Source: Octopus sinensis (taxonomy: Eukaryota). Taken from it: a stretch of 64,000 nucleotides of DNA. How positions within the stretch are numbered: position 1 is the first letter of the stretch; each line of letters begins with the position of its first letter. The notes under the pieces are model-generated. The model was not told the origin of the DNA. It made no database searches and worked only from the letters and a program-made list of their open reading frames with translations. Of the stretch, positions 47,885 to 61,064 are shown in pieces. The stretch is from the NCBI RefSeq assembly GCF_006345805.1, contig NC_043001.1:38564001-38628000 (forward strand), in the 5' to 3' direction. The translations under genes and the position numbers were made by a program.

Positions 47885-49174
47885 CGAGGGACGTTCAATA
47901 AGTAATGCCTCTGACCCACTTGCAGTTGTTTGATCTAGCTGACATTTTGCATGTGCAATCATTTATATCTCTATAGAGTAAGTGGCAAATTACAGCTCTG
48001 AATTAATTGTGGTTTCTGATTTACAGGTGTTTGAACCGAGTCAAGTGTGAAATGGAGTCTGTTGAGTGTCGAGCAGTGATCCGGTTTTTGTATTTGAAAG
48101 GACGCACACCACGGGAGACTTTTGATGGAATGAAAGTAACTTATGGTGATGATGCCCCATCATATGACCTTGTAAAACGCTGGCATCGTGAATTCAAACA
48201 TGGTCGGAACTCTGTGGAAACAGCTCCCAGATCTGGTCGCCCCTTCTGCCATTGATGAGGCATCTGTCCGTCAAGTTGAGGCTGCCATTTTGGAAGATCG
48301 ACGCATAATTATTCGCCAAATAGCCCATGAGGTCAAGATTAGTACCGGGTCTGTGGAAACTATCATTCATGACCATTTGCATATGCAAAAGGTGTCTGCC
48401 AGATGGATTCCCAGGTTGCTCATGCCTTTCTAGAAGCAAGAACGCATCGAGTGCTCGAGGGTGAATTTGGAGATGTGCCAAGAAGATGAGTCAAAATTTT
48501 TCAAAAGACTGATTACACAGGATGAAACCTGGGTCCATCACGATGATCCAGAGACCAAATCCCAGTCAATGCAGTGGAAGCACCGTGACTCACCCCCTCC
48601 AAGGAAGGCGAGGGTGCAGCCCTCCGCTGGCAAGGTCATGCTCACAGTCTTCTGGGACCAGGACGGAGTAGTGATGACAGATTTCCTGGCAAAGGGTACC
48701 ACAATTGCAGGAGCCTATTATGCTTCACTTTTGAGGAAATTAAGAGAAGTTATCAAAATCAAGAGGCGGGGCAAGATCAGCAAAGGCATCCTCCTCCTGC
48801 AGGACAACACTCCGGTCCACAACTCGCTTGTCGCCAGATCAGAAGCACAGGCGTATGGCTATGAACTCATCCCCATCCCCCCTACTTTCCTGACCTTGCA
48901 CCCTCTGATTTTCACCTCTTCCCAATCATGAAGTTGTTTTTGAAAGGAAAGCGTTTCCCAGATGATGCAGCCTTGATTTCTGAAGTCACGTTGAGGTTGG
49001 AGGACCAAGCTGGGTTCTTCTACAAAAACGGTCTCCAGAGCCGCATCAAATGATGGGAGAAATGCGTAACTCTGGGTGTTTCCTATGTAGAAAAAGACTA
49101 ATAACTGTGCCAAGTTTCGTTGCTCTACTGCTATGGGAAGTGGGTCAGGGGCATTACTTATTGAACGCCCCTCG
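47885..49174 (+). mobile_element. Full-length mariner (irritans-like) with TIRs and TA TSD; transposase pseudogene
   Basis: TIRs CGAGGG(A/G)CGTTCAATAAGTAATGCC with TA on both sides. ATG at 48052; RSGRP, WIPRLL, ITQDETW, LLQDNTPVH and a frameshifted HPPY.PDLAPSDF motif. A few stops and frameshifts. Confidence 0.95.
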
Positions 49175-51272
49175 TAGTTCAGTAGCAAGATACAATAACA
49201 AGAGGATCTGGATAAATATATGTACATCCATGTACCTATATACAAAGTCTAAGATTTTTTTTTAACAAGTAACTGTTCTTACAATTTAGATTTGAATGTT
49301 CTTGTATCTTAGAATAAAGTCAGATCAAATTCTATTGAAATGATAAATAGAAAGACAAAACAAAATAAACAAGGGTATTTAAAAGTATAATTCAAATTTA
49401 TTAACAGAATTAAAATTATAACAAAAATAAACTTTGAAACAAAACTAAAACAATGAAAAACAGGCATAATAGCTGTTGGATTAAAGTGAAGTAGTGACCA
49501 CATTATCACAAATTTAAGTCTTACTTAGACCATTGTATTGTATTCATGAGCAGTGATGGAAGCAGAGTGATAAGCAGAGGTATGGCATTGGCTGATTTTT
49601 CAATTTCTCAGGATTTTGTACACTTTAAGTCTGTGAAAAGAGACATTTTATTATTTATAAAATTTCTATTAATAAAAAATTATGATAATTATGTATGGAT
49701 ATTTTATTTCCAATAATAGAATAAATCATATAGATTAATTTCCAGTATACTATATACCAGAAAAGAAGCTCATTATTTTGATTGGAATATTCAAAGTTAG
49801 AAGACGGGAATGACCACTGTGTGGCTTTGTGAAGAATGAAATAGGGTAATGTGAGATTAGATTAAGTCACCTTTTGTATTTAATTATTCATTAAATTAAA
49901 TTGCCTGATATTATAAATATTTAAATACAAAATTCACTATTAGTAATGTAAACAGTATTTGAATGTGGAATATCACAGAAGAAGCATAAAACTTTAAAGA
50001 AATAATTACAGAGGTAATGAATCACGATCTTCTGCCAGGCTGAAACTACCAAAATGTGATACTTGCATCAGTATCTGCAAGTTTACAAAACAGATGTTTT
50101 ACTTTATTATATCTCAACCCTAAGGCTTTGACTATTATCTTGTCTCTTTCTTCATAGTATGATAGTAATTAGAACTGGTTTGCACCAGTTCATATGAGCT
50201 ATTGGTTAAGTGTTTTTCTTTAAATGAGAACTGATTGAATTTCATAGAATTTAATGTAAACATTTTCAGTTGTACATATATTTGCTGCATTTATTTTCAA
50301 CATAAACACTTTTGGCCATAATAATTTTACTGTTGCTATTTTTGAGATGATATTTCTGTTGTAAGAACTTTTCTATAAAGTATCTTTACTGTTATAATTA
50401 AATACAAAGATACCTTGTTTGAACTCTTCATTTATTTTACTGTCATCTATATTATTAATATTATAATTTCCATTTTTTCCTGATTTAATAAGTACTCGTA
50501 TTCCAACAAGTGGACTGCAATCAAAACATTAAATTCTAACAAAGTACATTTAAAAATATATTACATAATATGGCTTCATCTACTTATGCAAACAATTCAA
50601 TTGGTTCCTTAATAGATTGTGAAGTTGTGAACATTCATGTAAAGTTACTTAAAGATAATGTGGGGAGGCTTGGATTGTCATCAAAAGTAAGAGATTTTAT
50701 AAATATTAGATTCACATAAAAATGTGAGCTCTATGAACTGTTTTAACGTCTTGGAGATGAATATATGATTTACAGTATTCTTGGGGATGAATGAGCATAT
50801 TTAAGGCTAAATTAAGAAATTAAAAGTTCACTCTGCCCATCTCTGTGATTCCTGAACATAAATCTTGGATACAGCCTCATCTTATACCTAGTTTCCAAAA
50901 TCCATTTCTACCACTGCCCATGAGCAAGGCACATAATTCTTCTCACTTCAGTTTGCATATTTAAAAACAGGTTGTACTCTTACATCATGTTTGAGTGGTT
51001 AGCAGTAGGAAAGGCATCTACAAGTGAAACAATGACTCTAAAAATGTGGTCATTCCACCTGTATAAGTATGGATTTACAAAATCAAGGGTATACAAGTAT
51101 ATATATTATGCAAAAATTAATACTGAAAGAAATTATGCAGCTTACGAAATTAAAAAAAAAATCAATTTTAGGAATTTTTATTTGTCAATCACAAATATTA
51201 TTTTCCTTTTTCTGGCAAGTGTGTGAGTCAACTGTGAACATGCTTTGGCTTTATCACAACCTCATCAGCAAA

Positions 51273-51764
51273 CATTATTTACATTTGACTGATATTTGTC
51301 TTCATTTTGTTTGTTGTTAACATGTTTTGTCTGATATACCCTCCAGCCTTCATCAGGCGTCTTGGGGAAATTTTGAACCTGGGTACTCCTTCCTAAGGTA
51401 TTTTTTTGTTATTATTGTTATTATTATTATTCAGGTCACTGCCTGGAATCGAACTAGGAATCTTGGGGTTAGTAGCCTGCACTCTTAACCACTACGCCAT
51501 ATGCTCGTGGGCAGTGAATTTTAAGGCTTATAAATCGATTCCAGGCAGTGACCGGAATACTAATACTACTACTACTAATAATAATAACAACAACATCGAA
51601 AATACCTTAGGAATGAGAACCCAGGTTCGAAATTTCCCCCAAACACCTGATGAAAGCTGAAGAGTATATCAGTTGAAATGTGTTAACAACAAACAAGAGG
51701 AGGATAAATATCCATCAAATGTAAATAATGTACATAATTCCTCATCTCTTAAATATAGAACTAT
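51273..51764. mobile_element. Head-to-head doublet of the tRNA/hammerhead element with a 12-bp TSD
   Basis: Minus copy 51273-51534 and plus copy 51534-51764 (5'-truncated at the B box). CTCATCAGCAAA at 51261-51272 and 51765-51776. Both HHR cores are degenerate. Confidence 0.85.
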
Positions 51765-53346
51765 CTCATCAGCAAAGACTAGCTTTCACTGTGCTTGCTG
51801 AAATAGTGGACAAAATTAAAATATACAAGATTGCTTATTGTTTGTAGAATTGTTTAGAAATTAAATATTTCAGATGATTAAGATAAGAGTAATCATGTAT
51901 TTGTTCAAGAAACAATGTGATACCTGTTCACAAACAATGATAATCTTAAATATATATGCAAGTAACCCATGCACTTCTATTTTTATTTCATAAAAATCAC
52001 AGTTTCATTTATGGATTAAAAAACATTATCTCTGACTTCTACAAGGAAAATAATAATTTTATAATTTGATACCTTTACTAGTGCTAACCACTTTATTTAT
52101 TTGTAAATATTTACAAATTATATACTGTAATATCATTTAGCTTTAAGTAGGGGTGCTGTTGAGCAGATGCAAACTATCTGTGAGGCAAGTTTGTATGGTG
52201 CTTTAATTTTCAATTGAAGTTTCATTTCTCTTACAATGTTAATATTTTTTAGAAGAATAACTGCATATACTCTCCATTTCTTATGAACCTGAGAATTTGT
52301 TTTTATGAAAGTAGTCAATATAATTCAGTTTCAGAGGAAACTTTAAAAATATAATATTTAGTTAGAATTCACTTAGTCCATGTGTAGGATGTGAGAAGAG
52401 TATAATGAACTATAAACTGTTGTGTTCTTGGAAACTCCTAAAAGCTAAATCCTCAAATAAGGATTTAAAGGGAAATACACTAGAACATATCCTACTACTT
52501 CCTCCAGGTCCATAGAAAGACTTGAGCACAGTTTGGCAAGCTAATTTAGCACTCATGAACTCGAGCATTTCACTACTGCTTACAATAGTGCAACATATCC
52601 ACTCAAAATATCATGGCATTGCATTAAAAGTAGGTGTCTGCCTGGAAACGAACGTATGCCATTAATAGTATGCAAAGTGGCAGGCACTTCATCAAGCAGA
52701 CTAGTATCCAAACAATGTGTTTTGCTGAGCCAATGAGAGAAAGCCTCTTCATGGTAATCAGACTTTCTAGAAAAAGCAGCCAAATCTCCCTCAAATTACA
52801 TCCTCATGTCTTGGGAGAGAAAAGAACACATCAGATAATCTATTCTAGATATGTTCTTAAAAGAATAGGGCAGTTGTGGCTCATAGGTCAGCTCAACTAG
52901 CTGATTTAAGGGTTATACAACACAAATGAGTGATATAACAAAGATAATAAGCTACTTAATAAAAATAAAATTATAATATAAATGAAATATGAAAAAATAT
53001 TGAATTCATTAACAAATCACATACAAGTATTATTGATTCAATGCTTACAATATAAGGAATAAAATAAAAATCTTTAATTGTCTAATTTAGGTAGGCATTT
53101 TCATCATGCATATTTTTTTAGGGATATTCCACCAATATATAAGCATTCATTTTATATTATGATGACAATATATATATATAGTAAAATATCCCTTTATATA
53201 AAAATGATTAAACATGAGTAACAAAAATATACACACAATGCAAAAAAGAATGGATTTTAATCCAAATATATCAATATTAAAAATAAATGAAAAAAATTGG
53301 CTCTAGATTCAAAAGGATTGAAAATGTTAAATATAAAAAAAGTGAT

Positions 53347-53730
53347 GGTACTTTTTGGCTATCTCACCTCCATTAAAAAATTGAGCTATCTCCCCCTCGT
53401 TTTACAAGAAATATCAGTACTTTTGGTTATCTCCCTCAAGTAAAAAATTGTTTAACTCTCAATAAAACAAAAAACAAAAAAAATTAAAAATTAATAAACA
53501 TGAAAACTGAAAAAATTAAACATCTTATTGAATCTGATGACATTTTAATAACAAATAATACCATGCCTATTGAGGAGGCCAAAAGTCAACAATGTGTTGA
53601 AGTATTGTATCAAAAGAATCTCTTTTAATTCAATCTCTTGTTGCCACATAAACTCAATTTTTTAGTGGGGAGGTAACCCAATTTTTTAATGGCAATTTTT
53701 TTAATGGGGGTGAGATAAACAAGAAGTACC
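53347..53730. mobile_element. MITE with about 40-bp imperfect TIRs and subterminal repeats
   Basis: GGTACTTTTTGGCTATCTCACCTCCATTAAAAAATTG versus inverted CAATTTTTTTAATGGGGGTGAGATAAACAAGAAGTACC. Confidence 0.6.
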
Positions 53731-54057
53731 AAAGTGATATTATCATGGATTATAATACTGATGTTGCATGTGTGTGTGTATGTTTATGTATATATATATA
53801 TATTATTGAATATTGGAATTTGTATGAACATTTGATCTTTTTCGCATATTTTTCTGAATTTTCCATTGCATCTTCAATCTTTCCTAAAATTTTTTTTAGC
53901 ATTGATAAACAAACAAAAAAAAAACTGTTGAAACTGATTTAGTATTTTAATAAATCTGTTATACAGTTTCAAAATGGCCACATGTTTTAAGACTCAGGTG
54001 CATTTTCAACCATCAAATCAAATTTTTTTTCTATTCTTTTCTCCACACACACATATA

Positions 54058-55797
54058 TTGATAATAAGGAGAATGAAAAATTTGAACATTCAAACTTTGT
54101 TTATTTCCAGTTAGTTTATTCATAATTTTCCAACACATGTTTCAATCACATTAACTGCATTTTGTTGCATATTTATATGCAGCAAGTTATGCTTTATTAG
54201 TACAATCTCTTCAGGGTATATAAGTACGACATTGTTCAAAAAGGGATTTTCATCCATTATTAGTTTGTATTAGGCTCAGTAGTAGTAGTAGTAGTAGTAG
54301 TAGTAAACCATTATTTTCATTGATAGGCTGTTTTTCTCAACTGATTGTTTGGCTAAAATTCATCAGCAGCAACAGTGTTTGTTGAAGTTGACAAATATTC
54401 TTGACAAGTTGGGGAGTGGTTATTTATAGAATACTTTTTATTTGATAGATTCTACATACTTTATAGTCACATGGCTTGGGGGAAAGGGGCTTCATTGAAA
54501 GAAAAATGACAACATTATTCAAAAGAAGATTTGTTTTTTCTAGCTCGGAGCTGAGAAAACTAATAAGTAGAGTACAGGAAGCAGTCGCAAAAGCCAGCTT
54601 CTATATATGGCTGAAGCGGGAAGACCAAAAATGGCTTGAAAGTCATAACATGCCGGTGGGAAATAACATCACTAGGTGAGACAAGCTGACACTGAATTAG
54701 CCTCGCTGATTGACAGGTGACGGTCTTGTTTAGAGAATGCATGGACTAAGACTATGCACCTTCATTGGTCAGTTAAAGTTGAGACAGTGTCATGTGACAA
54801 CTTGCTGGGGCTGCCTGCTGGAGCCTACCAGCAGGTATTTAAAGGGAAATTTGAAAAGACAGTCAGTTACCCACTGACACTCGTTGATGCTACGTTGAAG
54901 AGGCCAGGAATAGAAGGAAGAAGAAGAAAGAAGACATGCACCCAACACCAGAGCTGAAGACACCTCCGAAAGGTGGGGGGGGGCTGCAACGTCAAAACGG
55001 TAGAGGAGTAGGGGCTGAAACCGGATGTGGTTCCTCCTGATGATGTCTTGAGCTAACTGGATCCTATAAAGGAGCTGTTGTGGTAGCAGACCACGAAACA
55101 CGGTTCAAATTCCTCAGAGTTGATTATATTATTTGAATTTTTGTGAAGATTATTAATAGTGGTAGTGGATAATTACTATGCAGTAAGAACCACATGAATA
55201 TTAAAAGAAGTAGTGAGTTGTATTTTAAATTCTTCTAACACTTTAAAATAACAATAATAATAAGAAGAATTTAAAATACAACTCACTACTTCTCTTAATA
55301 TCCAAGTGGTTCTTATTGCGTAGAAATTATCCACTACTACTATTAATAACCTTCACAAAAATTCAAATAATATAATCAACTCTGAAATCCATCAAAACAC
55401 CATGTGACTATAAAGTATGTAGAATCAATCAAATGAAAAGTATTCTATAAATAACCACTCCCCAACTAGTCAAGAATATTTGTCAACTTCCACAAACACT
55501 GTTGCTGCTGATGAAAATTTGCCAAACAATCAGTTGAGAAAAACAGCTCATCTATGAACATAATAGTTTACTACTTTTAGTACTGAGCCTAATACAAACT
55601 AATAATGGATGAAAATTCCTGTTTGAACAATATCATACTTATATACCCTGAAGAGAGTGTACTAATAAAGCATAAATTGCTGCATATAAATATGCAGTTA
55701 ATGTGATTGAAACATGTGTCGAAAAATTATGATGAATAAACTAACTGGAAATAAACAAAGTTTGAATGATCAAATTCTTCATTCTCCTTATTATCAA
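54058..55797. mobile_element. Foldback element with arms of about 540 bp, left arm interrupted
   Basis: 54058-54475 is inverted to 55400-55797. 55116-about 55235 is inverted to about 55262-55384 around a short AT loop. TA flanks both ends. Confidence 0.85.
54476..55115 (+). mobile_element. 3' end of a HERO/NeSL-like REL LINE inserted in the foldback arm
   Basis: GERGFIERKM...EAVAKASFYIWLKREDQKW resembles the GxRGF...AEKASxWxWLKR C-terminus of these clades, followed by a GC-rich 3' UTR. Confidence 0.6.
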
Positions 55798-56029
55798 TAT
55801 TGTACTTTAAACTCTAAATAGCCAAGGAATAAACTGTAACATCAGATGGGAATTAAAGGAAGTTAACCAAAAATGCATTATCTGAAGGAACCAGCCTTGG
55901 AATTTTACATACAGAAATTTGGTATCTGCCTAGATATTATATCTCTCCTCTTACTATATATATATACAATAGAATCTCCCATTGAAGATGACATATGAAT
56001 GTTCAGTTTTTGCTGCACAAATGGTTTCT

Positions 56030-56392
56030 TTTTACTTGTTTGTCATTTGACTGTGGCCATTCTGGAGCACCGCTTTTAAGTCGAACAGATCGACCCCAGG
56101 ACTTATTTTATCAGTCTCTTTTGCTGAACTGCTAAGTTACGGGAATGCAAACACACTAGCATCGGTTGTTAGGTGATGTTGGGGGGGGGGGACAAATACA
56201 GAGACACAAACATATACACGCATATATGATGGGCTTCTTTCAGTTTCCGTCTACTAAATCCACTCACAAGGCTTTGGTCAGCCCGAGGCTATAGTAGAAG
56301 ACACTTACCCAAGATGCCATGTAGTGGGACTGAACCTGGAACTATGTGGTTGATAAGCAAGGTACTAACCACACAGCCACTCCTATGCCTGT
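56030..56392 (-). mobile_element. Full-length tRNA-derived SINE (34245 family)
   Basis: Head at 56392, central TATA/TG tract, tail GGTGCTCCAGAATGGCCACAGTCAAATGAC. Confidence 0.85.
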
Positions 56393-58253
56393 TTATAATA
56401 ATTAAATATTTATGCTGCATAGTTATTCACTCCCTCTATCAAATCAACATTGCCTGTACAAATGCACAAGCGTGCCACACTTCAGATGTCAAAATGATCA
56501 AAAAGTCAAAAAGTAAATAATATAGAATTTCTGCAATAAGATCAAGACTTCAAATTTGATGAGACAAATTTCAAAAACTGGAAATGGTTTGAAAAAAATT
56601 TACTTAATAGGGTCCAAACCCCATCAGAAACAGATTTGATTAGTATATAGTTTTATGAATAAAATAAACAACAAAAAACAAGAAAAAACAAAAAAGATAA
56701 CTTCATCAACAAATTAAAATTAGTCATAACTGTTGCCTAGTTATAGACAACTGGAGAACAAACTCTCATAAGTGCCAAAAGTAAACAAATTAACAGCCAT
56801 ATTGTGTTTGTCTTATAATGATTCACATTGGAAAACAAAGAAACAAGAATTTAACTGGATTTACTTCATTAATCATCATTGTTTAGCGCCTGCCTTCCAT
56901 GTTGGCAAATGCTTATTTGTAGACATCCATAAGCATAAAAGAATAAGAATTTGCCAATGCAGTTGCTGCATATGACATAGAAACTCTTACTGGAATGGTA
57001 TTTTTAGATATTTAGTCCAAATCTATAGAACTGGTAAAGATCTACATGGAATGCTCACAAGATTTCACTTACTTGTTAAGGGTGACTAATATGTTATAAT
57101 GGATAACTTTATAAAGGCATGTGCTGAGGTTAATTCACTCGGCTATTTATTCTTACAAGAGTGTATCGTTGTATCAATCTTGGAAACATTATAATTTGCA
57201 TTAAAAAAAATCAGTATATTACTTAACACACTTTATAGAAAAGGAACATCTGAATCATAAATAAGATCTAGAATCTTGTCCAAAATCTTTAATGTATTGT
57301 GTTCTTATAATGCTACCAAAAGCACTATTGAAAACTTGTTACTTTATAAAATATACATTTAAAAAAAAATCTTACCAAAAATAAATATTTGTAACAGTGT
57401 ACTATAATTGCAGTTCCATGTATTGTTTCTAGTGATAAACTGACAAATATATCTAAAGAGAAAGAAATGATTTTTGATACACAAAACCAGTGTAACCACA
57501 GTCAATAGCTATCACATTTGAAATTGTTTGAATAGGCTAAGCAGTACCAAGGACTGTGGTATCCATTCTTCCAGAAAAGGTTATGGAGTACGAAATACAT
57601 TATCAAAAACATTTTGAATAATTATTTAAAAATAAAGCTTTTGAGTATCAGATACAAAAAAGATGTAAAAGATTTAAATGTTTTCTTTATATTTGGCTAT
57701 ATTTGTTTGTGTAAAGAGAAAAATATCAGTTAATAGCTTCTTAGACCTTTTAGAATAGGGAGAATGGTATATCTGAAGGGTTATTATTGGCACTTGGTTA
57801 ATTTAAAATGCTGCAAGTTGAAGGGAATGCATAGTAATAGAGGAAGACAAGTAGTTGGTGTCTATCAAATTTGATGGTAGATGAGACACAATAGAATTGG
57901 AAAGAAGAGGAATGTGAGTTTCGGGTGGGAATAATATAAAGTTACCACACTCAGAAGAGCTATTGTAGTTATGGTTTACGAAAAACAGGAAAAAAAAACA
58001 GGAGCACAAAGACCAGTGATAGGCAAAGGACAAGATCATACTGGTGAATGAAGGCTTGCCTTGAGAAGATTTTTTCCTTCTTGGACAAGTAAATGAAGTG
58101 TTGAAGTGTTCACTGTTTTATAAATGGAAGAAGTACTCTGATTATCTGTACTTCGTAAACTACTAGCATCTGTTTAAGAGTGTGAATAAAATGTAGAGTT
58201 GCTATAATTGGTACATATATCAACATGTCTAAAAAAATGGCAAAAAATTTAGA

Positions 58254-58376
58254 TTAACTGTCCAATATTAGATCAGCATAAATAGTTTCTTCTACAGGTT
58301 TTGGTGCTGGTTTGCTTGTTCCAGGATTGTTTAGAAACTCAAGTTCTGCATAGTCACATTCTTGGACAGATTCAGG
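58254..58376 (-). CDS. Terminal coding exon of a receptor-like protein tail (PESVQECDYAELEFLNNPGTSKPAPKPVEETIYADLILDS*)
   Basis: Acceptor TTCTTTTTTTAATTCAATCTAG, phase 0, open to TAA at 58254-58256. Carries DYAEL and TIYADL motifs. Confidence 0.75.
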   Translation of the reverse strand, partial: PESVQECDYAELEFLNNPGTSKPAPKPVEETIYADLILDS

Positions 58377-58723
58377 CTAGATTGAATTAAAAAAAGAACA
58401 ATGACAAACTATAAGTATAAGCAATTATATATTAGTACATTTTAAAATCTATAAGCAGACATTTAAACATATTAGAAGTATACATTTTAATACGTCATTA
58501 TTAAAGAAATATGAAATATCAATAAAACACAGTTTGATTTCACATACAGTACTAAATGCAAAAATAATAATATGAAGGGATAATTTAAACTTATCTCAAC
58601 TGCTCTAATATTATCTACCTTCAGGAAAAGGACAGTAAAAAACACATCTTTAAATAATTATTTCAAGATAACATCTTAATATAACCACTATGAAAGAAAA
58701 TTAAAATATATTTATGGATTTAC

Positions 58724-58779
58724 CTCATTACTTTGATTGTTGCTTTCATAATTGTCATTCAAGCTACCATCTTCTGTTT
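58724..58779 (-). CDS. Internal exon, 56 nt ((E)TEDGSLNDNYESNNQSNE)
   Basis: ...ATATCTAG acceptor, GTAAAT donor, phase 1 to 0. Splices in frame to the terminal exon. Confidence 0.7.
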
Positions 58780-59366
58780 CTAGATATTTAGAATATAACA
58801 GTTGAATATAAAATATAGTAAACATAACATACTATTAATACAAACTTATCAAAAAGAAAAGCAATCATATAAACAACATTAAAAAATAGCAATTTTTCAC
58901 AGTACATACAAATTAGGAGACAGTCAATCTAGAATTCCATTGATATTTATTATGTTGATCAGAGAAAGATGAAAGCCAAAACTGATATCAATGGGATGTG
59001 AGCTCAGAATGCAGTAGGACTAAATTGAATATGTCCAAGTATTTAGTATTGCCATCTACTATTTCTTTCACTAAAATATTTTATAGATATAAGGTTGTCC
59101 TAAAAGTTCGTAGAAAGTCTTGGAAAATAATGGTCTTTATTTTGAGGAATAATTTTTGTTGTTTTTGTTAGTACTTGGTGAGTAATAATTCAATTTTCGC
59201 AAGTGTTTACGAACTTTTGGGACAACCTAATATTTAAAAGAGCTAAAATTACCATTAAGAGAATCTGTTCACTATTTTTCAACATCATTTTCATGTTAGA
59301 GATGTCCATAAGCAGGACTGATGGTGGGTACTCAACAACAGTAGTTGCTCAAGATGTGAAATTCAC

Positions 59367-59401
59367 CATTGTAAATCTCTTCAATACTTTGATTTTCTTG
59401 T
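59367..59401 (-). CDS. Internal microexon (ENQSIEEIYN); acceptor at 59401 or 59396
   Basis: GTGAAT donor ends in phase 1, matching the next exon. The CACTAG acceptor gives a phase 2 start; the nearby ACAAG acceptor gives phase 1, which fits the upstream exon. Confidence 0.55.
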
Positions 59402-59559
59402 CTAGTGAATGTTAGTTATGAACTTGTAAGAATTAATAAATGTGTAAAGTATTAGAGTTAATGTGAATTCCTGCAAGAAGTTTATTATATATGCAATGGA
59501 ATTTTCAAAATTTTATGTAAATACGTTCATACATGGATTATTAAGCTGCTTATTCTACA

Positions 59560-60020
59560 CAGAAAATTAAAATGGAAATCAAAATGGAAATCGGAGTTGT
59601 GGCCAATGCCAGTGTCACCTGACTGGCACCCATGCTGGTGGCACGTAATAAGCACCATTTAGGGTGAGTCGATACCAGTGCTACCTGACTGGCTCCCCAT
59701 GCCAGTGACACATAAAAAGAACCATCCAAATGTGGTTGATGTCAGTGCCCCCTGACTGGCATCTGTACCAGTGGCATGTAAAAAGCACCATCCAAACATG
59801 GTTGATGCTGGTGCTGCTTGACTGGCTCCCAATGCCAGTGGCACATAAAAAAGCATCCACTACACTGTCGGAGTGGTTGGTATTAGGAAGGGCATCCAGC
59901 TGTAGAAACCTTGCTAGATCAGATTGGAGCCTAATGCAACCTAGTGGCTTGCTAGTCCTCAGTCAAACCGTCCAACCCATGCGAACATGGAAAATGGACA
60001 TTAAACGAAGACGATGATTT
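59560..60020 (+). mobile_element. RTE-tail-type SINE (intronic)
   Basis: Internal GTGGCACATAAAAAG repeats and tail GGAAGGGCATCCAGCTGTAGAAAC...CATTAAACGAAGACGATGA. Confidence 0.75.
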
Positions 60021-60076
60021 ACTCTTTGCTAAATGAATGTAGTTATATTAATGAATTGAATATAATCATGTTTTAC

Positions 60077-60127
60077 CATCAGGTTTCATGCTTGGTGTAT
60101 TGACATTAGCATAAAAATCATCCACAT
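60077..60127 (-). CDS. Internal exon, 51 nt ((D)VDDFYANVNTPSMKPD)
   Basis: Strong T-rich acceptor TTTTTTTTTTAATTCCTTAAAG, GTAAAA donor, phase 1-1, YxN motif. Confidence 0.7.
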
Positions 60128-61064
60128 CTTTAAGGAATTAAAAAAAAAAATGGCATAATTATAAATAACATTTAAAATATTTTAATGTAGTATGTAAAGC
60201 ACCAGGATAAATATTAATAAAAAAATGTTCACTTTCTTACATATATAAAGTAGTATAAGTAGTAATTAGTAATATTATATTATATTCCTCATTTACCTTA
60301 GGAAATCACATAAATTAAGTAAAAAAGTGTGTAGTGTTGGACTCTGCATATCAACATCAGAAAATTTGCCCTTCATTTTTGGAGAGAAGCCCTTTGTTCC
60401 CAACAAAGATAATAACTCCCTGAACTTTTAATCTGAACACCTATTTGGTTGTTAAGACAGATTGGTAACAAAGGTTACCAGCTACTTCTAAGGAGACATC
60501 TGGGCATTAGAGAGAATTTACATCCTGAGAGCTTTTCAGTGTTTGTTTCTCTAATGATCCTTCTGTATATGAAATTTATCTTCTACTTTAACCTATATAT
60601 TACCCCACTACACCTCATTTGTCCTTTGCTTACACTTTACACTAGGCTCACATCAAAGAATTCCACTTGATTCCTTTCCTGCATGGAAAATGGGTAATTT
60701 TCCTGATGGTATCAAGGTCCTGCTTCCCTTCTTACTTACTAAAATGCTAGTTTTTCTCAAAGTTTAATATAAGGTTCTTCAATTCTAGGTTTAGCTTTCA
60801 TGTCTAGAACTTCTGCTCCAGTTTTTCAACAGATTCTGCTGTTAAGAGCTAAACTATCAGTATACAAGAGTTCCTAATGATAGCTGGTCTCAAATTCCTC
60901 AGTTATGACTTGGAGGACTGTAATAAGCAGGAAAGGCTGAGAACTGAGTTCTGATAAGTCCCTACATGCACATTAGATTCATCACTGAACTCATTGCTGG
61001 TTTTCACCTTGTTGACTGAGCTTCTCTACATGGGTGGCAAGGCACTCAGTAGTCATTCATGTAC

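Noticed and set aside
55010-55060. Hammerhead ribozyme in the HERO-like 3' UTR (GAAAC...CTGATGA)
   Set aside because: The core words are present, but stems I and II cannot be paired in any canonical topology.
60297-60415. Additional exon (ELLSLLGTKGF...CDFLR)
   Set aside because: It has an open frame and a donor, but its phase 2 end is incompatible with the phase 1 start of the next strong exon at 60127.
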